Of a DNA stretch of 64,000 nt, positions 47,244-55,896 are shown piece by piece. Where the stretch lies: positions 66,022 through 130,021 of IMG/VR virus record IMGVR_UViG_3300022744_000001; one strand, written 5' to 3'. Every line of letters begins with the position of its first letter. Position 1 is the first letter of the stretch. The notes below the pieces were generated by a model. It saw nothing but the letters and a program-made list of their open reading frames with translations. It ran no database searches and was not told the origin of the DNA. The position numbers and the translations under genes are program-made. The DNA comes from a virus.

Positions 47244-47482
47244 GACTTCTCCTCACTCTCCGCGCCCAGAATCTCGTTCATCTCCCGGAGCAAGTTCACC
47301 TCCGCCGAGAGCACATCGATGTGGGCCGCGTTCGCCAACATCCGCGTGTCCAGGCTCCCACCCTCCTTCAGGTTCTCCTGAGCCCGTCGGACATTGGTCG
47401 CCAATGTCTCGAGCGCATCCGCCAGGGCCGTCGTCTTGCTCGTGAGCCGAGTCTTTGTCATCCGCCTCGCAAACGCCGTCAT
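47240..47482 (-). CDS. hypothetical protein, first gene of a five-gene minus-strand operon
   Basis: M1 + GAGGAGAAG RBS. Confidence 0.55.
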   Translation of the reverse strand: MTAFARRMTKTRLTSKTTALADALETLATNVRRAQENLKEGGSLDTRMLANAAHIDVLSAEVNLLREMNEILGAESEEKS

Positions 47483-47570
47483 GACATCTTCTCCTCATCC
47501 CCGTAACGCGCCAGAGCCCAAGACCCTATACAATCTTGATTTTCTCCGCACCTCGCCTACGCTGGCAAGC

Positions 47571-47837
47571 ATGAGTGCTGAGAAAACCCTAATCATGTTC
47601 GAGTTCATCCCGGAAGAGGTCTTTTTCTTCGAGCTTCCCGGCGACCTGTCGCGGTTCCACGACGTGTACGTCAACAAGGTCATCCCCAAAGGCAGCGGGC
47701 CAGAGGTCAAGAAGCTCCAGAACGAGCTGAACGATTTCATGTTCGACGACTCGGGCATCTTCCGCTTCGAAGAGAAGAAGATCCAGGTGCCGACCAAAGA
47801 CTGGACCCACTTCGTCCGGTGCGGGTTCCTTCTCTAG
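47571..47837 (+). CDS. hypothetical protein, possibly leaderless
   Basis: TTGATT-N16-TACGCT sigma70-like pair ending 7 nt before ATG. Confidence 0.4.
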   Translation: MSAEKTLIMFEFIPEEVFFFELPGDLSRFHDVYVNKVIPKGSGPEVKKLQNELNDFMFDDSGIFRFEEKKIQVPTKDWTHFVRCGFLL

Positions 47838-47950
47838 GAGTACGTTTTACGTACTCTACCTGACATTTTGCTCACTCCCCCTTCGCCTCTGGCCAGAAAG
47901 TCTGGTATTTACGCTGCACTCTGTTGTAGTGCAGCGTACGGAGGTGGGAA
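47838..47950. promoter_or_regulatory. two palindromes (7-bp GAGTACG stem; 12-bp perfect TACGCTGCACT/AGTGCAGCGTA) before lower-GC two-gene cassette
   Basis: seen directly. Confidence 0.45.
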
Positions 47951-48742
47951 ATGAAGGCGGTTGAGGTTGGAGACTATGGGTATGTTGTTGGTCTAAAAGG
48001 GAAATTCAAGGACAAGGTCGTTTATTACGACGATGACGATGATAACGAGACGAAGATCATCGTGTACCCCGGCTCGATAGTGGAAGGGTACTCCATCGTG
48101 CCTCGAGCGTCCTTCAGGCCCGCCTCGATTGGCGAGGTCCTGCTTCATGAGCAGGAGGCGGGGCTTTACACGGGGTCCCCTTTGTTTCCTCGTCGCCCTC
48201 AAGCGGACGCTTCGACCGTCGCCACACATCTGACCCTTCGTCTGCTCCTCAAAGCCAGCGGACGTGACAGCTACGAGAACAACGACCCCCTGGAAACGTT
48301 TCCCCCGGACAGTGCCGAGGGTTTGCTTGTCGAGGGAATCTCCAAGCTCTTTCTCACCGTCCTACGGCCTACCATCAAAACCATCTGTTCCGGGTGCCTC
48401 TCCAGCATCCATACCGAAATCCTTTCCTCCCTCAAGACCGTAGGGCTCGCCAACACCTCATCGGAGGAAGCCCTCAGTCAGCCCGAGGTCTTTACCCAGC
48501 TCTGGCAAACCGCTTGGGACGACGCCATTCGTGAGTGGGCGAGCAACATCCACCCGTTGTTCGAGCCCGGGGAAAAAGCCGTGAAGGACGGGCTCAATAC
48601 CTCCTGGCTCAAAATCACGGACGTCGATACAACCAGGGCTCTTTACACCTTCGAAGATGGTGCAATCGTTTCCTGGGACCTAGTCGAGGTTGCCACCATC
48701 CACCAACGCAAGCTGGATAAACAACTCGAGGCAATGTCATGA
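47951..48742 (+). CDS. hypothetical protein (263 aa), lower GC
   Basis: GGAGGTG RBS. Confidence 0.55.
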   Translation: MKAVEVGDYGYVVGLKGKFKDKVVYYDDDDDNETKIIVYPGSIVEGYSIVPRASFRPASIGEVLLHEQEAGLYTGSPLFPRRPQADASTVATHLTLRLLLKASGRDSYENNDPLETFPPDSAEGLLVEGISKLFLTVLRPTIKTICSGCLSSIHTEILSSLKTVGLANTSSEEALSQPEVFTQLWQTAWDDAIREWASNIHPLFEPGEKAVKDGLNTSWLKITDVDTTRALYTFEDGAIVSWDLVEVATIHQRKLDKQLEAMS

Positions 48743-48993
48743 GCTGGGCGATTTCCGAGACCCCACCACCCACCGAGTCGAACTCTTCATTCACGAACCA
48801 TCACGGGGAGCAGTGGTGGTGTCGTGTCCACGAGGGCAGCTTTTATGTGTGGGGTACGGACGTCAGGCCGCAGGTGGCAAGCACGAAAACGGCGAGGCCA
48901 GAAAAGCTTCCCTGGGTGATGACCGAAAGCGAGTCTCTCTGGGTTCAAGCCAATCTGCTTGTCTTCGAGCAACACCTGAAAGCGCTGGTCTAG
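48739..48993 (+). CDS. hypothetical protein
   Basis: ATGA overlap. Confidence 0.45.
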   Translation: MSWAISETPPPTESNSSFTNHHGEQWWCRVHEGSFYVWGTDVRPQVASTKTARPEKLPWVMTESESLWVQANLLVFEQHLKALV

Positions 48994-49244
48994 TCCACGA
49001 ACTCCACGTCACCCAAGTACGGCGCCCCCGCGACCTTCGCCAGCTTCAAGCGGGGACCCCAAGAGTCGTCGAAGGTCACCGACGCCACCGTGTAGACCTG
49101 CCCCGCCTCGAGCCCGATCTCCACGTACTCCCTCGACCTGAGCCGGACCCGCTTCCCGGTCACCGCTCGGGTCGTCTCCGCTCGCAAGTCCTCGAGCTTC
49201 TTCTGGGTCGCAAGGATGAGGTCCACCAGCGGGTGCTCAGACAT
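48990..49244 (-). CDS. hypothetical protein
   Basis: internal ATG. Confidence 0.4.
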   Translation of the reverse strand: MSEHPLVDLILATQKKLEDLRAETTRAVTGKRVRLRSREYVEIGLEAGQVYTVASVTFDDSWGPRLKLAKVAGAPYLGDVEFVD

Positions 49245-49602
49245 GGCCAGTGACCCGGGTAGGGAACGATAGGCCAAGGGTGCGAAGTGCCCACGACAAG
49301 GGACGACGAGAGTCGTGAGCCAACCCCACCGTGACGTACTCCGCACCAGGGTCCCGGACCGGCACGAAGAGAAATCCGCCCGTCAGCCCCAGCTTCCCCA
49401 ACCGCACCCCCAGCCACTGCTCCAGCCGGTCCGCCTTCACCCGCTGCAACGGCACCAGGGCGTTCTCCCCGTACCGCCCCCGCCCACCCGTCTGCCGAAC
49501 CCACCGACCCCGCTTCGGCACCCAGATGTGCACGTACGGGCTCTTCAGCATGTGGTAGGCCGGGACAATCCCTCCCGTGATGTCGTCGTAATCGACCCTC
49601 AT
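49237..49602 (-). CDS. hypothetical protein
   Basis: internal ATG. Confidence 0.4.
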   Translation of the reverse strand: MRVDYDDITGGIVPAYHMLKSPYVHIWVPKRGRWVRQTGGRGRYGENALVPLQRVKADRLEQWLGVRLGKLGLTGGFLFVPVRDPGAEYVTVGLAHDSRRPLSWALRTLGLSFPTRVTGHV

Positions 49603-49607
49603 GGGAG

Positions 49608-49949
49608 CTAGATCCGCTCCAGGGTGCAGAACTTGAACTCGCGCCGCTGAATCTCCGGAGCCGCGTTGAACCAAACGCAGCTGGCCTCAGTCCCTTCCAC
49701 ACGCTCCACGACCATCTCGACACTCGACGCCTTCAGCTTGACCCGGTTCCCCGGCTCGAACACCCCCAGGTGCCCCGCCTTCTGCACCAGATTCACAGCC
49801 ACCGGAGCCACCACACTCCACGTGTGCTCCCCGTGCTTCTCCCACACCACGAACAAGTCCCCCGTCTCCGCACTGTTGATGCTCTCCACCACCATGCTGG
49901 GACTGCCCGACTTCAACTGCACCACGTCCCCAGGCCCGATTTCGCTCAT
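49608..49949 (-). CDS. tandem DUF2158/YodC-like small domains
   Basis: GDVVQLKSGSPSMVV and GNRVKLKASSVEMVV repeats. Confidence 0.55.
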   Translation of the reverse strand: MSEIGPGDVVQLKSGSPSMVVESINSAETGDLFVVWEKHGEHTWSVVAPVAVNLVQKAGHLGVFEPGNRVKLKASSVEMVVERVEGTEASCVWFNAAPEIQRREFKFCTLERI

Positions 49950-49994
49950 GCAAAGTCCTCCAGGGCGGGAAGTACACCGGGCCGGAAGTGAAAT

Positions 49995-50205
49995 CGGGAC
50001 TGCTACCTGACGGGACTGCTACCCGACCCACTCCCCGGCCCCGCAGGGGCCCCCGGAAAAGGTGCGGTGGGGTTTGCAGGGACCAACGGGCCAGAATTTT
50101 CGAACCGGGGGCCCCTCGGAAAAGCCGGGTCCCGTTTTGGGGGACCACCGGGCCAGAATTAAAAAGACCCCCACCCCCTCCGGCCTGAAAAAGGCGTGAG
50201 GGGGT
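49995..50205. repeat. non-coding repeat cluster: 13-bp direct repeat CGGGACTGCTACC x2; ~60-bp imperfect tandem repeat x2 (core GGGACCAMCGGGCCAGAATT); 7-bp GC hairpin; followed by AT-richer 100 bp
   Basis: seen directly. Confidence 0.6.
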
Positions 50206-50329
50206 AACGCCACCGCAACATATTCGTACGCCAACTGAATGAGGGGTTTTTCGAGTCAAGACCCGTGCCAACACAATAATCAAGCGGTTTTTCTTGCGCC
50301 CTTTTAATTTCGTCGGAGGTACCCACACT

Positions 50330-50560
50330 CTACCTACCCACGACAACCTCACGCTCACCCACGACACAGACCCGGTGTTTGACTACACGCTCGCCACCGT
50401 TGGCATAGTGGGTACCGAGCGCTTCCCACAGTGCGACCTCGGGGGAGATGGCACGGACCTTGTGGCCGGTACCTGTGAGGGTATGGTCTCGCCCGCTCAA
50501 GAGGGTGACATGGTAGGTGAGGGTCATGGGGGAGTAGGGTTGAGTGACTGGCACTGGGGT
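50330..50560 (-). CDS. hypothetical protein (76 aa)
   Basis: GC3-rich frame. Confidence 0.35.
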   Translation of the reverse strand, partial: TPVPVTQPYSPMTLTYHVTLLSGRDHTLTGTGHKVRAISPEVALWEALGTHYANGGERVVKHRVCVVGEREVVVGR

Positions 50561-50576
50561 AGTAGACATACACCCA

Positions 50577-50795
50577 CTAGCCCTTGAAGTTCTGGAGTCG
50601 GCGGATGAGCATGTCCGCGATCGCTTGGGCGGGGGTAGGGCCGTACCCGTGGTGAGGGATGCCCGCCCAGTCTGTGGCCTCAGCGCGAAAGGCCCCCTCG
50701 GACGGGGCGACCGTGGGCGTCCCCCGGAAGAGCTGACAGGCAAGGCCGTTCATCAGGGCCATGTCCTCGCGGGTGCTGCGTTTGGGCGTGCTCAC
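50577..50795 (-). CDS. hypothetical protein (GTG start overlapping upstream stop)
   Basis: GTGA overlap. Confidence 0.4.
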   Translation of the reverse strand: MSTPKRSTREDMALMNGLACQLFRGTPTVAPSEGAFRAEATDWAGIPHHGYGPTPAQAIADMLIRRLQNFKG

Positions 50796-51073
50796 CGGGT
50801 CAGCCTCTCGTACGCGCCACCGGGGGCGAAGAACTCCCCATCATCGAAGTGCTCGCCGCACTTGGCACAACAGTAGGCGAGGTGGATGCCCACACCCCCG
50901 TTGTCCTCGTGGGGTCCCTCGTGCCCGCACTCGGGGCAGGGGAAGCGATTGTGGGCGATGTCCGAGGCTTCCTTGGCCGCGGCGGTGAGGCGGGCTTGCT
51001 TGACGTCCTCGGGGGCGTCCGAGAGCAGGATCTCGACAGCAAGCTCGTCAGCGGTTGGGCGTTTGGCGGTCAT
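50792..51073 (-). CDS. zinc-ribbon protein (CPECG...CAKCG)
   Basis: M1 upstream. Confidence 0.55.
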   Translation of the reverse strand: MTAKRPTADELAVEILLSDAPEDVKQARLTAAAKEASDIAHNRFPCPECGHEGPHEDNGGVGIHLAYCCAKCGEHFDDGEFFAPGGAYERLTR

Positions 51074-51117
51074 GGGTCCTTGTCCTGGTAACGCGCCAGG
51101 GGGCGGGGTTCTATACC

Positions 51118-51954
51118 TCAGAGGCCCGCGGGCCAGGGGTACTTGGTCATGTTGTGGAACTCGGGGTAGTGCATCTTGCCGCGGATGCTCTGGGCCTCGG
51201 GGGTCACTTCGCCGTCCACGATGAGGCCGAAGGCCGCCCACACGTGGTCACGCTCGAGGAGGGCGAGGGCCTGGGCCGTGTTCAGCTCAGAGCGGCTCTT
51301 GCCGGTCAGCTCGCGGAGCTTGCTGGGGGCGTCCTCGAAGATGGTCGCGAGCGTAGACGTGGTGTGGTTCTTGAGGGCCGAGTCAATCCGCTTCTGGTAG
51401 GAGGCGATCTTCTCCGCGAGCTTCTGGGCTCGCTTGTCCTGGACGCGCTTCTGAGCCGTGGCTTTGGTCTCCTCGACCTTGCGGGCAGCTTCCTCGACCG
51501 TCTGGAGGGGCTCGAGCTTCCAAGCCGCGATGCGAGCCTCGCAACGAGCGATGTCTTCCTGGAACCAGCGGATGCTCTGCTTGGTCGCGTGGGTCGTGTT
51601 GCTCAGGAGCAACTCCCAGCCTTCCTCACCCTTGGAGACTTCCACGAACTCGACCGTGCGAGTGACGCGGACCTTGACCTCTTTGAGGAGCTTCGTGACC
51701 TCACCGGCGACCAGCTTGGCCAGGTAGGTCTCAGCGTTCGCGAGCTTGGCCTTGAGGCCGCCCGTGTACTGCTTGAGGACCTCACAGCTCTGCTCGTACG
51801 CGGGCTCGCCCACCGCCATGCAGTCACCGACGATGAAGCCGTGGCCCGGGCGCTTGAACCCGTGGTGCACCATCGTGTGGCCAGCCTTGGGGTTCAGCTT
51901 GAACTGGGCTTCGCAGATTTGGCAGTGTCCGATGTAGCGGGTCTTCGTTTCCAT
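51118..51954 (-). CDS. hypothetical protein with N-terminal Cys/His cluster and coiled coil (278 aa)
   Basis: M1. Confidence 0.6.
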   Translation of the reverse strand: METKTRYIGHCQICEAQFKLNPKAGHTMVHHGFKRPGHGFIVGDCMAVGEPAYEQSCEVLKQYTGGLKAKLANAETYLAKLVAGEVTKLLKEVKVRVTRTVEFVEVSKGEEGWELLLSNTTHATKQSIRWFQEDIARCEARIAAWKLEPLQTVEEAARKVEETKATAQKRVQDKRAQKLAEKIASYQKRIDSALKNHTTSTLATIFEDAPSKLRELTGKSRSELNTAQALALLERDHVWAAFGLIVDGEVTPEAQSIRGKMHYPEFHNMTKYPWPAGL

Positions 51955-51994
51955 GTCCTATGAACGCGCAGGGGGTTGCGGTTCTATACCGAAA

Positions 51995-52258
51995 TCAGAG
52001 CGAGCCTTGACGTGAGCCCAAGAAAATAGCGGCCGTCTGACGAAGGGTAGACGGGGAGATACCTGTGTGCTCCGCGTAGGTGAGGATGGACTCGGCCAGG
52101 GCGAGCCCGTCCACCTTCGCTTGGGTGGGGTTGGTGTCAGCGGCCCGGGTCAGGAAGCGGTAGGCGTTGGCTCGACGGTCACCCTCCCAGCCCGGGTGTT
52201 CCCCGCGGAGGATCTGGGCAAGCTCGTTCAGGACGGTCATGAAGCTGCTCGAGGGCAT
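51995..52258 (-). CDS. hypothetical protein (87 aa)
   Basis: M1 + AAGGAGAC. Confidence 0.55.
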   Translation of the reverse strand: MPSSSFMTVLNELAQILRGEHPGWEGDRRANAYRFLTRAADTNPTQAKVDGLALAESILTYAEHTGISPSTLRQTAAIFLGSRQGSL

Positions 52259-52339
52259 GAGGGTCTCCTTGGCCTATGAACGCACGAGGGTAGGGCCAGG
52301 CTATACCGCGTCGAGTCGAATTTTCCCTGTGAGCGAGCG

Positions 52340-52520
52340 TACGTCCCCGTATAGGGGCGTGACCGCCGAAACGTTACCAAGGGTGTGGTGGGTGGGCGCG
52401 CGTGGGCTAGGCGGGGCCGAAACCTGTCCAGTGGAGGCAGAATCCGCGGGGGACGGGCTCAGCGGGTAAAGGAAAATGCTTGACAAATGAAAACGGCCAA
52501 AACCTCGCCTTTCCGCGGGG
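52340..52520 (+). ncRNA. candidate non-coding transcript: orphan plus-oriented M1 copy followed by CAAGGGTGTGGTGGGTGGG, element X (AACCTGTCCAGTGGAGGCAGAATCCGC) and a 10-bp hairpin
   Basis: no ATG after the M1 downstream half; conserved elements repeated at 53685 and 56440/56900. Confidence 0.3.
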
Positions 52521-52556
52521 TTTTGGCCTAGCCCGTTTAGGGTGACCGCGAGGGGG

Positions 52557-52858
52557 TCAGTATCCGCCGTGCTTGAAGAGGATTTCCCCGGCCGCGGAGG
52601 CAGGCTCTTCGGGGAGGAACTTGAACCGGAGCTTCTTGCCCTCGTGGTCGAGCATCTCGACGGTCATGAAGCGGAAGCCGCGACCGGAGGCGTCCCAGCC
52701 GATGGAGACCCGGGGGTCGGCGTTGAGGGTCGTACGCAGGTCCGGCAAGAGTTTCCGGATCTCCGCGTAGGTGTCGATGGCGAACTGGGTGTAGACCGCT
52801 TCGATGCGCTTGGAGAGAGTGCCGCCACTGGCGGTCCTGTAGTCGTAGTTGTGCATGT
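52557..52858 (-). CDS. hypothetical protein (100 aa)
   Basis: ATG preceded by palindrome TTGTGCGTTGCACAA. Confidence 0.45.
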
Positions 52859-52896
52859 ATGGGCTCCCTATCTTCCTTGTGCGTTGCACAAAGGCT

Positions 52897-53076
52897 TTAC
52901 CACTGGACGGTGAGTTCGATTCGCTTGGTCTCGAGGGCCTCGAGCAGGGCGTCCACCTCGTCGTGGGTTAGGCCAGTGCCTTCCCGCAGGACCTCGTCGA
53001 TGGCCTGGGGCCGGGCCAGCCCTTGGGCTTCCTTGGCTTGTACGCGCTCGAGAACCGCTTGGGTCTTGGTGTTCAT
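52897..53076 (-). CDS. hypothetical protein (59 aa)
   Basis: GAGAGG RBS. Confidence 0.4.
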   Translation of the reverse strand: MNTKTQAVLERVQAKEAQGLARPQAIDEVLREGTGLTHDEVDALLEALETKRIELTVQW

Positions 53077-53090
53077 GTCCTTGCCTCTCA

Positions 53091-53288
53091 TCAGTCCGGG
53101 GTGTGCCGTTGGTACTCCGACGTCATGGCTTCCAGGACCTCTTGCAGGTCCTCGCCGGTGAAGAAGCGTTCTGCCTTGCGGTATGCCTTCTCCAGCTCCT
53201 GGTCGGTCTTGCACGTACGCGCCAGGGCGATCAGCTGGTCGTAGGTCTCGCTGACATCGTAGCCAGTAGGCTTCTTCTTGCGTGCCAT
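53091..53288 (-). CDS. hypothetical basic protein (65 aa)
   Basis: M1. Confidence 0.5.
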   Translation of the reverse strand: MARKKKPTGYDVSETYDQLIALARTCKTDQELEKAYRKAERFFTGEDLQEVLEAMTSEYQRHTPD

Positions 53289-53327
53289 GTCCTATGAACG
53301 CGCGAGGGGGCTCGAGCCTATACCGGC

Positions 53328-53603
53328 TCAGCGGCCCTGGTCGATGCGGTAGGCCAGCTCGGATTTGGCGCGCACCAGGGCGTCGGCCAGGTAGAGGGTC
53401 TTCTCGGATACGTCCCCGACAGGGCGATGGGTGATGCGGCGGGTCAGGTAGAGCGTCACCTGCTCCCAGGCTCGAGCCATCGCGGAGGCACGCTTCCGGG
53501 CCTCCTCCGTGGTCGCGTGGTTCCAAGCCAGGTCCTGCCACATCCCGATCAGGGCGGCGGACTGGGTACGGGCAGAGTGAAGGGCGATGATTCGTGCGTA
53601 CAT
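53328..53603 (-). CDS. hypothetical protein (91 aa)
   Basis: M1. Confidence 0.55.
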   Translation of the reverse strand: MYARIIALHSARTQSAALIGMWQDLAWNHATTEEARKRASAMARAWEQVTLYLTRRITHRPVGDVSEKTLYLADALVRAKSELAYRIDQGR

Positions 53604-53684
53604 GCCCTAGAAACGCGCGAGCCAGCTCGAGCCTATACCGAAAACGACCACGAACTTTCCTTGTGGGCGAGCACACGTCCAGGT

Positions 53685-53860
53685 TTAGACCGAGCCGTCC
53701 CGGTGCGTTACCAAGGGTGTGGTGGGTGGGAGCCCCCCGGGCGGGCGTCCGGGACCTCGAGCCAAGAAAAACGACATGGCACGAAGATTGTCCGGGGGAT
53801 CTTTCGAACTCGAGCATATAGAAGGCCCCCAGAGGGCCGGGCACATAGAACCCGCAACCC
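53685..53860 (+). ncRNA. second candidate non-coding transcript: orphan plus M1-like copy + CAAGGGTGTGGTGGGTGGG
   Basis: homologous to 52300-52390 element; only ORF after it is A/R/P/G-rich and antisense to a supported gene. Confidence 0.25.
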
Positions 53861-53866
53861 GGGCGG

Positions 53867-54085
53867 CTAGGGCTCGTCCACCTGGGCCACCTTGTGCACC
53901 CGGGGCTCGAGCGAGCTGAGCCGCACCCGCTTCTCCACCAGCTCCCAAACCCCCCGCCGACAAACCGCCACCCGGATCGTCGCCCTCACCCGCGACACCC
54001 GAACCACCACGGCCGCCACCGAGAACGTGAAGCCGTACCCGCCCCGGGACTCATGCCGCCACGTAACACGGTCACCAGCCTTCAC
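53867..54085 (-). CDS. hypothetical protein (GTG start, AAGAGGTAG RBS)
   Basis: RBS. Confidence 0.45.
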   Translation of the reverse strand: MKAGDRVTWRHESRGGYGFTFSVAAVVVRVSRVRATIRVAVCRRGVWELVEKRVRLSSLEPRVHKVAQVDEP

Positions 54086-54189
54086 GGGCTACCTCTTACG
54101 CTGGAGCTGGAAAAGTTCACAAGTGGGCCTCGAGCGGAGAGCGGAATTTGCTTGCTCAAGAAAAGTGCCCTCAACTACCCCTTTTGTCG

Positions 54190-54223
54190 GCCGGTATAGA
54201 ACTGGCCTACCTGGGGCGTTATC
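54190..54223 (+). promoter_or_regulatory. M1 motif (plus)
   Basis: TATAGAAC-N13-GCGTTATC-ATG. Confidence 0.5.
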
Positions 54224-54457
54224 ATGGTCATGAGGATGGCGGTTCAATCTGAGCGTGCGCAACGAGTCGTGAGGCTGGCAGCTGAGGAGGCTGCGAAGCC
54301 CACGACGTCCTTCCTGTTCGCCACGGATGGTCTCGGGGCGTTTGCGGCCCGGGCCGAGGCGATCCTGGCCGACACGGCGGATGCGGCCAAGTCGGTTGGG
54401 ATGAGCGAAGCCGAGCACGAGGCGTATGTAGCCCGCTTCCTCTGCTACGAGGTGTGA
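54224..54457 (+). CDS. hypothetical protein (77 aa)
   Basis: M1. Confidence 0.5.
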   Translation: MVMRMAVQSERAQRVVRLAAEEAAKPTTSFLFATDGLGAFAARAEAILADTADAAKSVGMSEAEHEAYVARFLCYEV

Positions 54458-54460
54458 GCC

Positions 54461-54808
54461 ATGGAGACGATCGTCGAGCTGTGTCCGAAGTGCCAGGGGA
54501 CGGGAAACCTCCCCCAGTACGCCCACGTGCAGAACGGCGTGTGCTTCCGCTGCTCCGGCACGGGTCGCGACCTCCGAGCCGAGCTTGCCACGGCCGTCCA
54601 GAAGCTCGCTCGAGCACGTCGGGAGTGGCAGAGCCTCAACCGGACCAGCAAGCGCGCCAGGGGCGTCCACAAACGCCACATGAAGGAAGAACTCGACCTC
54701 CTCACCCGCGAGGGTAAACAGCTCCGGAAGCACGTGGACACCCTCCAAGCCGCTATCGCCGGTCGTATCCAACTACCCTCTCCCCGTACAAACTCAAATC
54801 ACGTGTAG
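54461..54808 (+). CDS. DnaJ/anti-TRAP-type zinc-finger protein (CPKCQGTG, CFRCSGTG) with helical C-terminus
   Basis: GAGGTGTGAG RBS. Confidence 0.55.
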   Translation: METIVELCPKCQGTGNLPQYAHVQNGVCFRCSGTGRDLRAELATAVQKLARARREWQSLNRTSKRARGVHKRHMKEELDLLTREGKQLRKHVDTLQAAIAGRIQLPSPRTNSNHV

Positions 54809-54928
54809 TTACGGGGTTCTACCCACCCCGTCCAAACGGGCACCTTGCCCATGTGAGCTACCCTGCTATCCCACGCCTGCCTGTTAAAGGGCATCGCCCA
54901 CCGGGGTTGGGGTGGGCGAAGTGGGGTG

Positions 54929-54977
54929 CCGAGGGGAGCTGTTGGTTCAGGGGGAAGGGGACACCAGCTCCCCTCGG
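54929..54977. terminator. 13-bp perfect inverted repeat hairpin between convergent genes (bidirectional terminator candidate)
   Basis: CCGAGGGGAGCTG...CAGCTCCCCTCGG. Confidence 0.55.
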
Positions 54978-54993
54978 CGCGGCCCGGGGTTGA

Positions 54994-55653
54994 TCAAGCG
55001 ACGCGGATGGCGTTCTCGACCTTGGTGCAGATGGCTTCCACGGCCGAGCGAGCACGGTCGGTGCCCACCTTCGCGACGATGGCCGAGAGCTTGGAGAGGA
55101 CCAGGGGGTCCATGGTCTCGAGGACCTTCTCGCCACCCTCGAACTCCGCATCGGCCGCCACAGGGGCCTTGCGGACCTTGCGCTGAGGAGCCACGGCAAC
55201 CGGGGCAGCCTTGCGGCGGCTGGGGATGCCCAGCTCCTTCCGATGGTTGTTCACGACCTTGTAGCAGTAGCCGTACGTGACCGTCTGGTTGTGCTTGTCC
55301 GCCAAGAACTTGATGATGTTCTTGGGCTCCTTGATGCCAGCGTCGTACGCCTGGATGATCAGGGCCGTCTTGTTCACGTGGTCCACTTCCATGCCCTCGC
55401 TCTTCTTCACGGGCTTGGTCGCCACCACAGGGGCAGCCTTGCGGGTCACGACACGCTTCTGGCCCTTGGCCGTCTTCGCGCGCTTGGCCATGTACTTCTG
55501 CTTCACCGTGTAGATGAGCGATGCGTCCAGGTCCATCTGGTGCTTCTCACGCACGTAGACCTTGATGTCCGCAGGCTTGTCGTGGCCCGCATCCATCGCT
55601 TCACGAATCGCAGCCGACTTCGAAAGGGTCGTACCAGCTTCGGGCGTCTCCAT
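54994..55653 (-). CDS. DNA-binding-like protein with two tandem helix-turn-helix-like repeats separated by Lys/Ala/Pro-rich basic linkers
   Basis: internal repeat; GAGGAGAGAAG RBS. Confidence 0.5.
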   Translation of the reverse strand: METPEAGTTLSKSAAIREAMDAGHDKPADIKVYVREKHQMDLDASLIYTVKQKYMAKRAKTAKGQKRVVTRKAAPVVATKPVKKSEGMEVDHVNKTALIIQAYDAGIKEPKNIIKFLADKHNQTVTYGYCYKVVNNHRKELGIPSRRKAAPVAVAPQRKVRKAPVAADAEFEGGEKVLETMDPLVLSKLSAIVAKVGTDRARSAVEAICTKVENAIRVA

Positions 55654-55699
55654 AGCTTCTCTCCTCATCGGGGGCGACCCCACGACTGGCCAAGCCATG

Positions 55700-55896
55700 G
55701 GACCTCCTCTCTCGTTAGTTCCGAGCCTCCAGACTGCCTGGAAGGTCGATATGCAGGAGTGTGCAAGGAAAACAGTGCTGGTACAACAACAAAAACCACA
55801 GGAAAACCACAGCTTCCCGCAAACCCGCGTGGGTATTCGCGAAAAACCGTGGTTAGATTGTGGGTAGAGAGTGGGTTTTACCCTCCCAGGGAGGGG
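55700..55896. promoter_or_regulatory. lower-GC intergenic region with AACCACAG / CTGTGGTT boxes and a 7-bp hairpin
   Basis: seen directly. Confidence 0.4.

Noticed and set aside
50049-50165. Possible CRISPR array
   Set aside because: Only two imperfect ~60-bp repeat units with no spacer-repeat regularity; no cas genes.
52897-53844. 315-aa minus-strand ORF
   Set aside because: Reads through two M1 copies and intergenic space; P/R/G-rich; only its last 59 codons (52897-53076) form a plausible gene with an RBS.
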